This document shows, one piece after another, positions 50,733 to 60,634 of a DNA stretch of 64,000 nt. Below the pieces are notes generated by a model. It was not told where the DNA came from, ran no database searches, and saw nothing but the letters and a program-made list of their open reading frames with translations. The DNA is from a bacterium (lineage in GTDB: Bacteria; Electryoneota; Electryoneia; Electryoneales; Electryoneaceae): contig CAXXKJ010000002.1 of assembly GCA_963675295.2 (NCBI GenBank), positions 3,744,001-3,808,000 of the forward strand. The letters run 5' to 3'. The position numbers and the translations under genes are program-made. Positions within the stretch are counted from its first letter, which is position 1. Each line of letters opens with the position of its first letter.

Positions 50733-51744
50733 TGATCTCCTCCACGATCACACCGGCGGCTTCCACCCGGCGCAACGAAAGCTTCGATCCGCTCAATTCG
50801 ACTTCCACCGGATCTCGCAGCAACGCCTCACGCAGGATTTTGCCTTTTGCGCCGCGGATGAAGCCCATTTCGGTCATCCGTTGACGGATTTCACCCTGCG
50901 CGGTCAGCTTGCGAACCCGGAAACTGCGGCCGATGGTCACGTCCGCGAGAGTACGGCTGACTAGCGGTTCGCTGCCCGCGTTGTAGCCGTTTCCATCCGT
51001 CCACCGGTCCCGCGACCAGACCAGAATGCTCTCAGCCTGCCGCTTCTCAAACTGCATCGTCTCACCAGCGACCCGCACCGTCATCTCGCCGCTGCGGTTC
51101 ACGTCCATCACGTGCAGGCTGGCACCGGGCAACACCCCACGCTGGATCAACGGCGTACGCATCGTTTCATCCGCGACAATCCGCGCGATCACACCACCAT
51201 CCCCGCTTTTCAGGGACGCGAGGCGGCAGATGCCTTCCCCACCCTCGTGCTTGTGGCATTCGCCTTCCACACGTTTGTCGCAGTGGCACTCGTGCGTGTT
51301 CAGGTGGTTGAGCCAGCGGTCGCGGAACTTGTCGATCACACCGGTTTCGACTTCCGGGCAATAGCTGAGGAACTCGCTCATCGACGCGATCCGCTCCAGC
51401 GTCGTGATACTGATCGCGTGTTCCATCGAACACGCGTCCTTTTCCGCTGTTTCCGGATCGACCTGGAGAAAATCGACGAGGAACCGCTTGAGGAAGTTGT
51501 GGCGCTGGTAGATTCGAAATGCGAGATTGCGCCCTTCCTGGGTCAGATCGACATACTCCCTGGCCTTATACTCAACAAGCCCTTCCTTGTCGAGCCGCCT
51601 CAAGGCGGAGATCACGCTGGACGTCTTAACGTCCTTCTCCCGTGCGATGTCACGGACACGCACCACTCGCTGCGTTTGCAGCAAACGGTACATGATTTCA
51701 AGGTAATCTTCGAGGCTTTCTGTCAACCGGCCAATAAGCATCAC
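50725..51744 (-). CDS. DtxR/MntR-family regulator fused to two FeoA domains
   Basis: SLEDYLE, RHNFLKRFL and DACSMEHAIS motifs; two FeoA-like SH3 segments ending LSLRRVEA. Confidence 0.88.
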   Translation of the reverse strand: MMLIGRLTESLEDYLEIMYRLLQTQRVVRVRDIAREKDVKTSSVISALRRLDKEGLVEYKAREYVDLTQEGRNLAFRIYQRHNFLKRFLVDFLQVDPETAEKDACSMEHAISITTLERIASMSEFLSYCPEVETGVIDKFRDRWLNHLNTHECHCDKRVEGECHKHEGGEGICRLASLKSGDGGVIARIVADETMRTPLIQRGVLPGASLHVMDVNRSGEMTVRVAGETMQFEKRQAESILVWSRDRWTDGNGYNAGSEPLVSRTLADVTIGRSFRVRKLTAQGEIRQRMTEMGFIRGAKGKILREALLRDPVEVELSGSKLSLRRVEAAGVIVEEISA

Positions 51745-51750
51745 TTCTCC

Positions 51751-51768
51751 TGGCAGACTAGTCTACCA
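51751..51768. promoter_or_regulatory. Candidate DtxR-family operator
   Basis: tggcagactagtctacca, 16/18 palindromic, abutting the SD of the regulator gene. Confidence 0.45.
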
Positions 51769-51983
51769 AAGGTACGAATTGAGCTCGGTTGTAGCAATTC
51801 CGGACTCGTGGGGTCAGGAATTCCTAACTGGCGTGAATCTGCTGAAACAACAGGGGTTTTCAGGCAATGGAGGCCGCATTAAAATCTAATAAAGCTTCGA
51901 CGAATCCAACATCGGAGACCATCTACCAATCCAGATCACGATCGTTGACTCTACCTGGCCGCGACAACGCTTCCAGCTGACGC

Positions 51984-53081
51984 TCAGTCAATAGCGACGA
52001 CGGACTCCTTCGCCTCCGGTTCAACAAACTTCAGCAGCTTCTTACCTTCCCGTTCCAGCTGTTTCTGCACTGTCTTGGTCAGCTTGATGAACGGCGTCAG
52101 GTTCAACGTCGCGACCTTGCGTTTGATCTCAGTCTTCCACGTTCCCGCGACGAAGCCGTCCATGAGGAACGTCGCCGGCACCATCAGGTTTTTCGTCACC
52201 ATTCCCTTGCGGTGTTCGTCCGCCACGATCCGTGTCCGGTCCTGATGCCCGAGAATCGCGTTGTCGTAGTCGGCGAGGTAGCGCACCGGCACTTTGGTCT
52301 CGGCGGGTGGACGGGGCGCGTCCGGGAGGTCGTACAGCGTGCGTTTGCGTTCGTCCTTGAACGTGACCAGCTCGTCCTCGAGTTGCTCGAAGATCGGTTT
52401 AAGTCCCTGCAGGCCTGACCAGTTCTGCATGTCGCCCGGAGTCGCCGGTCCGAACGCCGCGAGGTACCGTTTCACCAACTCCGGCAGGTATTCGCGGGGG
52501 TTGATCTCGGCGCCCAGCCATCGGTCCGCGACCGCGAACCCGGCTTTCGCGTGCCACGCCCAGCGGTCCTCATTCGGCACCATCACCAGCGGCAGATGGG
52601 TACGCACCAGGTAGCCGAGCATACGGTGGTTCGTGTCCGGAAACCGTTCCTGCAGCAGGGGACGGATCTCCGCGAACGGCAGGTCATCATCCCCGAGCAA
52701 CTCTCGCGCGCCAGCCACAATCTCGGCGAAGTCGAGTCCGTCCAGATCTTTCCGTGCGATCGACCCCAACGCCTTGCTCAACACGGGCTGCAGCGTTTGC
52801 CGGAAGGTGAGGAAATCGGTGGTGCTGATCAGGTGAATCGTCGCCCGCAGCCACGTCGCCCGCACCACCTGCTTCGACGTGATGGACGCGTACAAATCAT
52901 CGCGGCTGAATTTCTCCAACCTGCTCCACAGCGCGACGAACGGCGGCCGGGCGATCTGCGCCTGCAGTCCGCCAAGCTGGTTAATGGCGTCGAGTGGCGA
53001 GAGCGTCGCTCGTTCCAGCAGCAGCTGCCGTGCGAGCAACGCACGGTTCAGGTCACGTGTAGTCAAGGTTTCAGGGGACAT
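51984..53081 (-). CDS. HTH_42 / AlkZ-like DNA glycosylase
   Basis: LARQLLL...GLQAQ (QxQ), LWSRL, RATIHL and RYLAAFGPAT motifs. Confidence 0.88.
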   Translation of the reverse strand: MSPETLTTRDLNRALLARQLLLERATLSPLDAINQLGGLQAQIARPPFVALWSRLEKFSRDDLYASITSKQVVRATWLRATIHLISTTDFLTFRQTLQPVLSKALGSIARKDLDGLDFAEIVAGARELLGDDDLPFAEIRPLLQERFPDTNHRMLGYLVRTHLPLVMVPNEDRWAWHAKAGFAVADRWLGAEINPREYLPELVKRYLAAFGPATPGDMQNWSGLQGLKPIFEQLEDELVTFKDERKRTLYDLPDAPRPPAETKVPVRYLADYDNAILGHQDRTRIVADEHRKGMVTKNLMVPATFLMDGFVAGTWKTEIKRKVATLNLTPFIKLTKTVQKQLEREGKKLLKFVEPEAKESVVAID

Positions 53082-53488
53082 TGTTTTCCGGGTGTTGGTC
53101 TGGTCAGTAGCGTCGGACGTGTCAACTTTTGCGGTTGCTAAAGGAACGGATGTTCAGTCCCTGAATCAAAGCGCCGGATCACACGATGAACACCACCGGA
53201 GTCCACCGTACGGGGACATACGCCAATCCATGTGCCCCTGATGGCTCCGCCAGCAGGGCTTTTCCGCCGTCCACTCCATATGCCCCCGTGACCCACGCGC
53301 CAGCGTGGTTCGCAGGGCTACTAAACCGACCGTCTCCGTCTCGATCCGCTCGATAGAGGTCATTTCTCTCGGAAATCGGCAGCCGCTTGCTGTATCTTCA
53401 CCGCCATTGCAGCCGGGCTGGTCAGCCATACCGCGCGGAGTGTCTGACCTCCCGATCCCCTCCCCTTTCTGAACTGGAGGCCGTCGCC

Positions 53489-54904
53489 ATGAGTCAGTAC
53501 CAGAAAATATTCGAGTTGATCAAGACGAAGAATGTGCAGCAGGTGGACATCCGTTTCATGGATTTCCCCGGCATGCATCAGCACTTCACCGTGCCGGTCA
53601 GCCAGTTGACCGAGGAGTCGTTCAAGGAAGGGTTCGGGTTTGACGGATCCTCCATTCGCGGCTGGCGTCAGATCAACGAATCCGACATGCTCGTCGTGCC
53701 GGACATGCAGACGGCGGTGATTGACCCGTTCAGCGACATCCCGACGCTGATCCTGTTCGGCGACATTTTCGATCCGTCGACGATGATGCCCTACGACAAG
53801 GACCCGCGCGGCGTGTTGCAGAAAGCGCTTGCCTACATGCGCACCTCTGGCATTGCGGACGAAGCCTACTTCGGCCCGGAATGCGAATTCTTCGTCTTCA
53901 ATGACATCCGCTACGGCCAGTCCGCCAACGCCGGATTCTATTTCATCGACTCGAAGGAAGGGCACTGGAACTCCGGCACCGAAGAAAACCCGAACCTCGG
54001 ATACAAGCCGCGCTACAAGGAAGGGTATTTCCCGGTTCCGCCGTCCGACAAGCTGCACAACCTGCGCAGCGAGATGGTGATGATTCTCGAGTCGATGGGG
54101 ATCACGATTGAAGCGCATCATCACGAAGTCGCCAGTGGCGGGCAGTGCGAGATCAACATGCGATTCGCGCCCCTGTTGGCCATGGCGGACAGCCTGCAGC
54201 TGTACAAGTACGTGGTAAAGAACACGGCGTACAAGCACAACTTGACCGCGACCTTCATGCCGAAGCCGTTGCATGGCGATAATGGGTCCGGCATGCACAC
54301 CAACATGAGCCTCTGGAAGGGCAACCAGCCGTTGTTCGCCGGGGACGGATACGCCGGTCTCAGCGACACCGCGCTCTATTTCATCGGCGGATTGCTGCAT
54401 CATGCCGGTGCGTTGTGCGCCTTCACCAACCCGACCACCAACAGCTACAAGCGCCTCGTGCCGGGCTTTGAAGCGCCGACACGCCTCGCCTACAGCCAGC
54501 GCAACCGCTCCGCCGCGATTCGGATTCCGGTCTACAGCAACAGCCCGAAGAGCAAGCGGGTCGAGTATCGCGTGCCCGACCCGAGCAGCAACCCGTACCT
54601 CGCGTTCTCGGCGTTGCTGATGGCCGGCCTCGACGGCATCCAGAACCGCATGCACCCCGGCGATCCGTTCGACAAGAACATGTACGACCTCGAGCCGGAA
54701 GAGCTGGAAAATGTCCCGGAGACCCCACGCGACCTCGCCAGCGCCCTCGACGCCCTCGAGCAGGACCAGGACTTCCTCTACAAGGGCAATGTGTTCACTG
54801 AGGACGTGATCGACACCTGGATCTGGTACAAGCGCGATCGCGAAGTCACGGCCCTCGCGCAACGTCCGCACCCGTGGGAATTTGAGCTGTATTACGACAT
54901 CTAG
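53489..54904 (+). CDS. glnA: Glutamine synthetase type I
   Basis: FDGSSIRGW, HHHEVA, TFMPKP..GDNGSGMH and NRSAAIRIP motifs; KNMYDL adenylylation-type site. Confidence 0.98.
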   Translation: MSQYQKIFELIKTKNVQQVDIRFMDFPGMHQHFTVPVSQLTEESFKEGFGFDGSSIRGWRQINESDMLVVPDMQTAVIDPFSDIPTLILFGDIFDPSTMMPYDKDPRGVLQKALAYMRTSGIADEAYFGPECEFFVFNDIRYGQSANAGFYFIDSKEGHWNSGTEENPNLGYKPRYKEGYFPVPPSDKLHNLRSEMVMILESMGITIEAHHHEVASGGQCEINMRFAPLLAMADSLQLYKYVVKNTAYKHNLTATFMPKPLHGDNGSGMHTNMSLWKGNQPLFAGDGYAGLSDTALYFIGGLLHHAGALCAFTNPTTNSYKRLVPGFEAPTRLAYSQRNRSAAIRIPVYSNSPKSKRVEYRVPDPSSNPYLAFSALLMAGLDGIQNRMHPGDPFDKNMYDLEPEELENVPETPRDLASALDALEQDQDFLYKGNVFTEDVIDTWIWYKRDREVTALAQRPHPWEFELYYDI

Positions 54905-54937
54905 GCTTGAGTCTGGAGTCGAAACCACACAGTTCCT

Positions 54938-54969
54938 GCCCGCATTGCTGAAATGGCCAATGCGGGCTT
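54938..54969 (+). terminator. Probable terminator after glnA
   Basis: gcccgcattg/caatgcgggc 10-bp stem; weak U-tract. Confidence 0.5.
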
Positions 54970-55109
54970 ACTCGTTCTGCCTGCCTCGTTCTACCCGCTT
55001 ACCCTTCCTGCTCCGATTCCGCAAATAGGAGTCAATCCGAATTGCGGTCTGTACTCCTTTTTTCACATAGTGTTAGCGCAACCGTGAACTGAAGAGGAGC
55101 ACGATTGAT

Positions 55110-55340
55110 ATGGCACGCATGAAGACATTGCTGATGATGTTGTTTATCCTGAGTCTCGCAAGCTTCCCGCTTGGTTGTTCGGATGAGATGCAGGACGACG
55201 CGGAAGACACGATGGAAGACATTGGCGAAGAAGCTGAAGACGCAGCCGAAGATGTTGAGGATGGGATTGACGACATGACGGACGGCCAGGAAGGCAGTTC
55301 TTTGTTGCATCTCATCGACCGCAACCTTGATCTCGTGTAA
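55110..55340 (+). CDS. Small acidic lipoprotein
   Basis: AGGAG SD; PLGC lipobox; AEDxxED helical repeats. Confidence 0.75.
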   Translation: MARMKTLLMMLFILSLASFPLGCSDEMQDDAEDTMEDIGEEAEDAAEDVEDGIDDMTDGQEGSSLLHLIDRNLDLV

Positions 55341-55364
55341 GGTTGCCTCTGTCTTGTAGCAAAC

Positions 55365-55394
55365 AACCCGTTACGGTTCGCCGTAACGGGTTTT
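55365..55394. terminator. Bidirectional terminator
   Basis: aacccgttacgg-ttcg-ccgtaacgggtt. Confidence 0.85.
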
Positions 55395-55422
55395 ATCGTT
55401 CAATCAGCCAATCGTCTGCTAA

Positions 55423-56091
55423 TCAATCCCCGACATACACATCGTTCTGCTGTGTGAAGTAGTAGGTTGATTCTTCAAATGGCGAGCTTTTCCCGAGCGA
55501 CTCAGCATAATAGAACACCACCCGCAGGCTGTCGGTCAGGTATTGGCTCGGGATCGCGACCTCGAGCGGGCTCGTGCCGTAGAGGTAATCGTCGTAGGAC
55601 TCGGTCGTGAACTGGAACAGTTCGATTGTCCCTTCGATCGCCTCGTTGGACGACGTCCAGGTCACGATGAAGTACGGCTCGATCGGACTGTCTTCCACCT
55701 CGGGCATCCCGGACACAACCACGCGTTCCAGATCAACCGTGTACTTGTGGGTGCCATTCTTGTCAACCACGATTTCCACCGCGCCCTCGAGGTTCCCGTA
55801 CGCCCGCTGGTATGCGCCGAGGGTGGACGACCAATTCAACTGGGCGCCGTTGACAGTGACCGTCGCATCATCAGACTGATCAATCTCCTCGGTGCCGAGC
55901 AGGCTGCTGGTCTTGGTTTCGACGAACACGGTCACATACAGCAGGCTGTCGCCGTCCACAATCCGTTCGCTGATCTGGGTGTAGATGGTCAACTCTTCGT
56001 CCTTATCGCACGCGGTCAACATCAACAGCGCGACCAGCAATATCGCCACCAGCGCCAACAGAACCGGAACACGATTCACCTTTGTTTTCAT
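55423..56091 (-). CDS. Putative lipoprotein (resembles paralog family A)
   Basis: MLTAC lipobox; DATVTVNGAQLNW...GAY and IVTW patterns as in 10366 and 11248. Confidence 0.72.
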   Translation of the reverse strand: MKTKVNRVPVLLALVAILLVALLMLTACDKDEELTIYTQISERIVDGDSLLYVTVFVETKTSSLLGTEEIDQSDDATVTVNGAQLNWSSTLGAYQRAYGNLEGAVEIVVDKNGTHKYTVDLERVVVSGMPEVEDSPIEPYFIVTWTSSNEAIEGTIELFQFTTESYDDYLYGTSPLEVAIPSQYLTDSLRVVFYYAESLGKSSPFEESTYYFTQQNDVYVGD

Positions 56092-56102
56092 CGGACTTCC
56101 GC

Positions 56103-56552
56103 TCACTGATCCTCTCCCGGTTGCAGTTGTTTCTCCTGCCAGTTTTCCGCGTAGGCGATCCGGATATCCTCGTACACGTCCAGCACCCAATTGGTCACCA
56201 CCCAGTCACGTAGCGTACCGACGAACAGCAGCAGGGTCAACAATACGGTCAATCCAAGCTCCACCGGATGCCGCACCGCCCCGCGTGTCTTCCGGCCAAG
56301 GTAATGCAGGAACGGCTTCCAGTTGAACTTGAACAGGTGGAAACCGAACGCGACCATGAACACGATCATCGAGGTGAGGTGCAGGTCCCACCACTGGTCA
56401 CGGGTGATCGCGAGGAACTTCCAGTCCATCAGTGACGCCAGCCGGTGGTGCGGCGCAACGTACAGCGCGATGCCGGACAGGGTGACGACGAAGGTGCCAA
56501 CAAACAGGGCGAGTGAGGTGAACACTCGCCAACGGAAACGGTAACGTTTCAT
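56103..56552 (-). CDS. DUF4405-like membrane protein
   Basis: SGIALY.AP, W.DLH...HL..NW pattern; three TM helices. Confidence 0.75.
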   Translation of the reverse strand: MKRYRFRWRVFTSLALFVGTFVVTLSGIALYVAPHHRLASLMDWKFLAITRDQWWDLHLTSMIVFMVAFGFHLFKFNWKPFLHYLGRKTRGAVRHPVELGLTVLLTLLLFVGTLRDWVVTNWVLDVYEDIRIAYAENWQEKQLQPGEDQ

Positions 56553-56668
56553 GCCAGGTTCCGGTTACGTTTCGAACGACCTGCGAAGATGGGACGTTCG
56601 CCCCGAATCCGCAATGCTCGTGAAGCCGTGTCACAAGCCGGGGCACGCGTCAACCTATCAAAGTCGTT

Positions 56669-56896
56669 TTAACCGTTGGCCTGTTGGACGTCCTGTTCCA
56701 GCTCAAGGTTTACTTCGGAGACGAGCCCATCCACATCCTCGATCCCGGCGTCCTGGATCGCTTCCTCGACGGTCTTCCACAGTGGCGTGCCGCACTGAAT
56801 GCAGATAATGTCCCGGCGGGTGAGCAAACGGATGGCGAGCGGGGACACCCGGGCAACATCCTCGAGGTCCATGTCTTTCGTGATCGGCTGGTTCAT
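56669..56896 (-). CDS. DUF1858 domain protein
   Basis: ITKDM.LEDV...P...CIQCG...TVEEA pattern. Confidence 0.78.
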   Translation of the reverse strand: MNQPITKDMDLEDVARVSPLAIRLLTRRDIICIQCGTPLWKTVEEAIQDAGIEDVDGLVSEVNLELEQDVQQANG

Positions 56897-57104
56897 CGGG
56901 TTCTCCACAGTTCGTGTATGTTGCCTGTTGGATGCGCACCCGTGTGCGGAGTTGCACGTGTCTGATCCCGCAAGGCTGCTTCGCAAGTCATTGAATCAAC
57001 GTGAGTTCGTCGGCTTTTTCTCCCCGTTGAGAGGTCGCGTCGGTGTTGCTACCCGTCCCGCCGGGAGGCTACCCTGTCTAGGACATTTCCACTTGGAGGA
57101 TTAC

Positions 57105-57791
57105 ATGCAGCGCATTTTTTCAGCGGTTGGTTTGACGCTTTCATTGTTGTTGATGGTGTTTGTTCTCGGTTGTGGCCAGAGCGGAGATACACAGCAGGCG
57201 GCGAAGCAGGAAGCCGAACAGTCGGCCGATCCGCACGCCGGCATGATGGGACACGGCCAGATGGGCGGCGGTGTGCAGTTGGTTGACGGCAAGCTCCCGA
57301 TCGGCCCGTGGATGGCAACCCTGCCGGAAGGCTGGACCGCGGAACGCCCGGCGTCGTCCATGCGCCAGGCGCAGATTCACCTCGACCCGGTCGAAGGCGA
57401 TCCGGATGAGGCGAGCGTGGTTGCATTCTATTTCGGACCGGAAGCCGGTTCGGTTGAGATGAACATCGAACGTTGGCGCAACCAGTTCACCAAGCCGGAC
57501 GGTTCCCCGTTAACTGAGGCCGACGTCACCCGTTCCTCCGGCCCGCTGAACGACAACGAGCTGACCTTTATCTCATTCACCGGGACGCAGAAGCCGTCCT
57601 CCATGCCCGGCGCGCCGCAAACCGGCGAACAGTCTGGTTGGATGAACGTCTCAGCGATCATCATGACCGATCAGGGTCCGTGGTTCTTCAAGGGCACCGG
57701 TCCGCAAGCGACGATGCAGCAGCACATCGCGGCATTCAAGCAGTTCCTCAACGATCTTGAGTACGGCGAGATGACCGCCCACCAAGGGTGA
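57105..57791 (+). CDS. Hypothetical lipoprotein with His/Met-rich segment
   Basis: GGAGG SD; VLGC lipobox; DPHAGMMGHG, PEGW...SSMR, NIERWRNQF and WFFKGTGP. Confidence 0.8.
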   Translation: MQRIFSAVGLTLSLLLMVFVLGCGQSGDTQQAAKQEAEQSADPHAGMMGHGQMGGGVQLVDGKLPIGPWMATLPEGWTAERPASSMRQAQIHLDPVEGDPDEASVVAFYFGPEAGSVEMNIERWRNQFTKPDGSPLTEADVTRSSGPLNDNELTFISFTGTQKPSSMPGAPQTGEQSGWMNVSAIIMTDQGPWFFKGTGPQATMQQHIAAFKQFLNDLEYGEMTAHQG

Positions 57792-57875
57792 GCGGCTCGT
57801 CGCAACCCACTGAAACATTTTACCCGGGGTCGCCGGTTTGCATGCTGCCGGCCGGCGATCCGATCAGGAACCAGC

Positions 57876-59450
57876 ATGAGCCCACGTAAAAGTGCTTCGA
57901 GCTCGAGCGGTTCAAAGAAACGTTCCGCTCCGAAAAGTACACAGCAGATTAAACAGGAGGCTCTGGCGAAACAGAACGGATCGGACGCTGCTCCGGAATC
58001 CACTGCATCCACCGGCAAATCGGCGAGCGTGAAAACACCCCGCCCGAAGCGGGCCGCTGCCAAATCGAAGCCGAAACCCGCCAGCTCGGTGAAAGTGAAC
58101 ACGGCCCGTTCAAGCCGCCGGAAACGGCAGCCGAAGGTCTTCGTGCTCGACACCAATGTCCTGCTGCACGATCCCAGCGCCTTGCTCCGTTTCGAGGAGA
58201 ACGATCTCTACATCCCGATTACGGTGCTGGAGGAAGTCGACCACTTCAAGAAGGGGCACGACACGATCAACTTCCACGCCCGTGAGGTGGCGCGGCAGTT
58301 GGACGAACTCCTGCCCGCTGTCGGCATCAGCTCCCAGGAAGGCACGCCGCTCGGCCCCGGTCTTGGTTCGTTGCACATCTTCGCCGGCCGCAAGCTGCAC
58401 GACCTGGTACGGCAGTCGTTCATGGACGCCACTGCCGACCACCGGATTCTTTCCGTCGCCTGCGAGGTGACCGAACTGTTGCCGGATCGCGAGGTGGTGC
58501 TGGTCAGCAAGGACGTTTCGCTCCGACTCAAGGCCCGCAGCGTCGGGATTCCAGCCGAGGACTATGAGAGCGACAAGGTCCCGGACCTCGACAAACTGTA
58601 TAAGGGCCGCTTCGAGCTCGAGGACATCAACCCCGACCTGATCGACCAGTTGTACGGCGAACCGTTCGAGGTGCCGCTGGAACTGTTCGACATTGACGAA
58701 CCGTACCCGAACGCGTATTACATCCTGAAAAGTCACCGTAAGAGTGCGTTGTCACGCTACGATGCTGAACGCGGTGCGCTGGTCCGTGTCGACAAGCGGC
58801 AGGGTTATGGCATCACCCCGCGCAACAGCGAGCAGACCTTCGCCCTCGACGCTCTGCTCAACGAACAGATTAAGCTGGTGACGTTTTCCGGCAAGGCGGG
58901 AACCGGCAAGACGCTGATCGCATTGGCGGGCGCGTTGGAAGCCCGGCGGCATTACGACCAGGTCTACCTCGCGCGTCCGGTGGTTCCGTTGGGACAGCAG
59001 GAGATCGGCTATCTGCCCGGCGACATCGAGGAAAAGCTCGACCCGTTCATGCAGCCGCTGTGGGACAATCTTGGCGTCATCCGTGGCCAGTACAAGCACA
59101 CCGACAAAAAGGTGCAGGCCATCGACGACATGCTGAAGAACCGCAAGCTTCAGATCAGCGCGCTGGCGTACATCCGTGGCCGCAGCTTGAACCGCATCTT
59201 CTTCATCGTTGACGAAGCCCAGAACCTCACCGGCCATGAGGTCAAGACCATCATCACTCGCGCTGGCGAAGGCACCAAGATTGTGCTCACCGGCGACCCG
59301 AACCAGATCGACAGCCCGTACCTCGACAGCCGTTCAAACGGTCTCACCCGCCTCATCGATAAGATGAAGGGCCAGCGTCTTTATGCGCATGTGACGCTGG
59401 AAAAGGGCGAACGCAGCCAGCTGTCAGACCTGGCGTCCACCCTGTTGTGA
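57876..59450 (+). CDS. PIN-PhoH (PhoH2-like) protein
   Basis: FVLDTNVLLHDP PIN motif; GKAGTGKT, YIRGRSL, DEAQN and TGDPNQID. Confidence 0.95.
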   Translation: MSPRKSASSSSGSKKRSAPKSTQQIKQEALAKQNGSDAAPESTASTGKSASVKTPRPKRAAAKSKPKPASSVKVNTARSSRRKRQPKVFVLDTNVLLHDPSALLRFEENDLYIPITVLEEVDHFKKGHDTINFHAREVARQLDELLPAVGISSQEGTPLGPGLGSLHIFAGRKLHDLVRQSFMDATADHRILSVACEVTELLPDREVVLVSKDVSLRLKARSVGIPAEDYESDKVPDLDKLYKGRFELEDINPDLIDQLYGEPFEVPLELFDIDEPYPNAYYILKSHRKSALSRYDAERGALVRVDKRQGYGITPRNSEQTFALDALLNEQIKLVTFSGKAGTGKTLIALAGALEARRHYDQVYLARPVVPLGQQEIGYLPGDIEEKLDPFMQPLWDNLGVIRGQYKHTDKKVQAIDDMLKNRKLQISALAYIRGRSLNRIFFIVDEAQNLTGHEVKTIITRAGEGTKIVLTGDPNQIDSPYLDSRSNGLTRLIDKMKGQRLYAHVTLEKGERSQLSDLASTLL

Positions 59451-59479
59451 CCGCGCGACCTGGTTTCAGCACAGAGAAA

Positions 59480-59508
59480 AGCCCCGCCCGGATCATCCGG
59501 ACGGGGCT
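59480..59508. terminator. Bidirectional terminator
   Basis: agccccgcccgga/tccggacggggct near-perfect stem. Confidence 0.7.
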
Positions 59509-59531
59509 GTTGCTTGTGTTACAGGTCGTGC

Positions 59532-59918
59532 TCAGCGTTGTGCGATCCAGGTTCCAGAGGTCATTCCAATCACCAGCACCTGGCTGGTCTCTCCGAAATC
59601 GGAAGATGCGCGGAATGCGTTGTTCAACGAGCTGCGGAATTCGCTCTGTTGAGTCAGGATCGCATCCTTCGGGATGTCGTTCGCGACCGCCATTACCACC
59701 TCAAACAGATCCTCTTCAATCTGTTTCTGGGCACGCGGCAGATCCGGCGAAATCACCATCAGGTTGATGCCGACCATCGTGTTGTCGACATACTGGATGT
59801 CGTACTGCACCTGGAGCGGCGTCGCTTCTTCAGTCACCACCGGTTGCACGCTGGCGCACCCGTAGGCGAACAGCAGCACCGGAAGCAATGCGATCAATAG
59901 AATGTGTCGGCGGTTCAT
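59532..59918 (-). CDS. Hypothetical lipoprotein
   Basis: Signal peptide with AYGC lipobox. Confidence 0.65.
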   Translation of the reverse strand: MNRRHILLIALLPVLLFAYGCASVQPVVTEEATPLQVQYDIQYVDNTMVGINLMVISPDLPRAQKQIEEDLFEVVMAVANDIPKDAILTQQSEFRSSLNNAFRASSDFGETSQVLVIGMTSGTWIAQR

Positions 59919-60634
59919 CGTATCACCCTGACTTGCTCGTTTCGAGGGCTCGCCCAACCCCCGTGTACCGACCCCCAACAGAACTCGAACCTTTTATTAA
60001 CGCAATCCTAACACAACCGGGCCAAAAAAACGGGTCATTTCTACGTACTATAACCCGAGTTTGCGTATCCCGCCCGATTATCGTCTCCCTCGGACTGCGC
60101 AACCTTTAACCTGAACACAATATACCACTAACACATTCCTAATAAAACACCAACAACTCCTCGTGCTGAAAAAAGGAGAGTCGAACATCGATTCTCGCGA
60201 ATCACGATAATTCTGTCAGAATTTCGCAGTTTCATGCTGCCTTTTCGGGCTAATCGCAATCTTTAGCCAGCACTAACAAACACAGACTGTTAGCCGATCG
60301 ACAATCTCATTAAGTTGTTTTATCTCATTATCTAAGCAAAAACCTTGCTCTCGAGATAATTCCACTGGGCAATTCTTGCGTTTTCCTTGCTCCCACCGGT
60401 AACGAACCGTAATTTTCGTATCTGGGGGAATTGACTGCACTTCCTACCGCCTCTCCCCCATTCCAGCACATGTTCGCGTGGTTTCGGTTTCCCGCACTGA
60501 GCGCGTTTTGGGCTTCAAACGGGAGAACGGATGACTCCCGCTTTGCGGATCCGGTTTTCGTTGAACCGGAGCGTGGCCGTCTGATCGGTCACGAAACAGC
60601 GGCTGCACACTGGGCCGCGGAAGGAGGATGCAAC

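Noticed and set aside
53377-53391. Sigma-54 promoter or glutamine riboswitch upstream of glnA
   Set aside because: GG-to-GC spacing is 9 nt rather than 10, and no recognisable riboswitch consensus is present.
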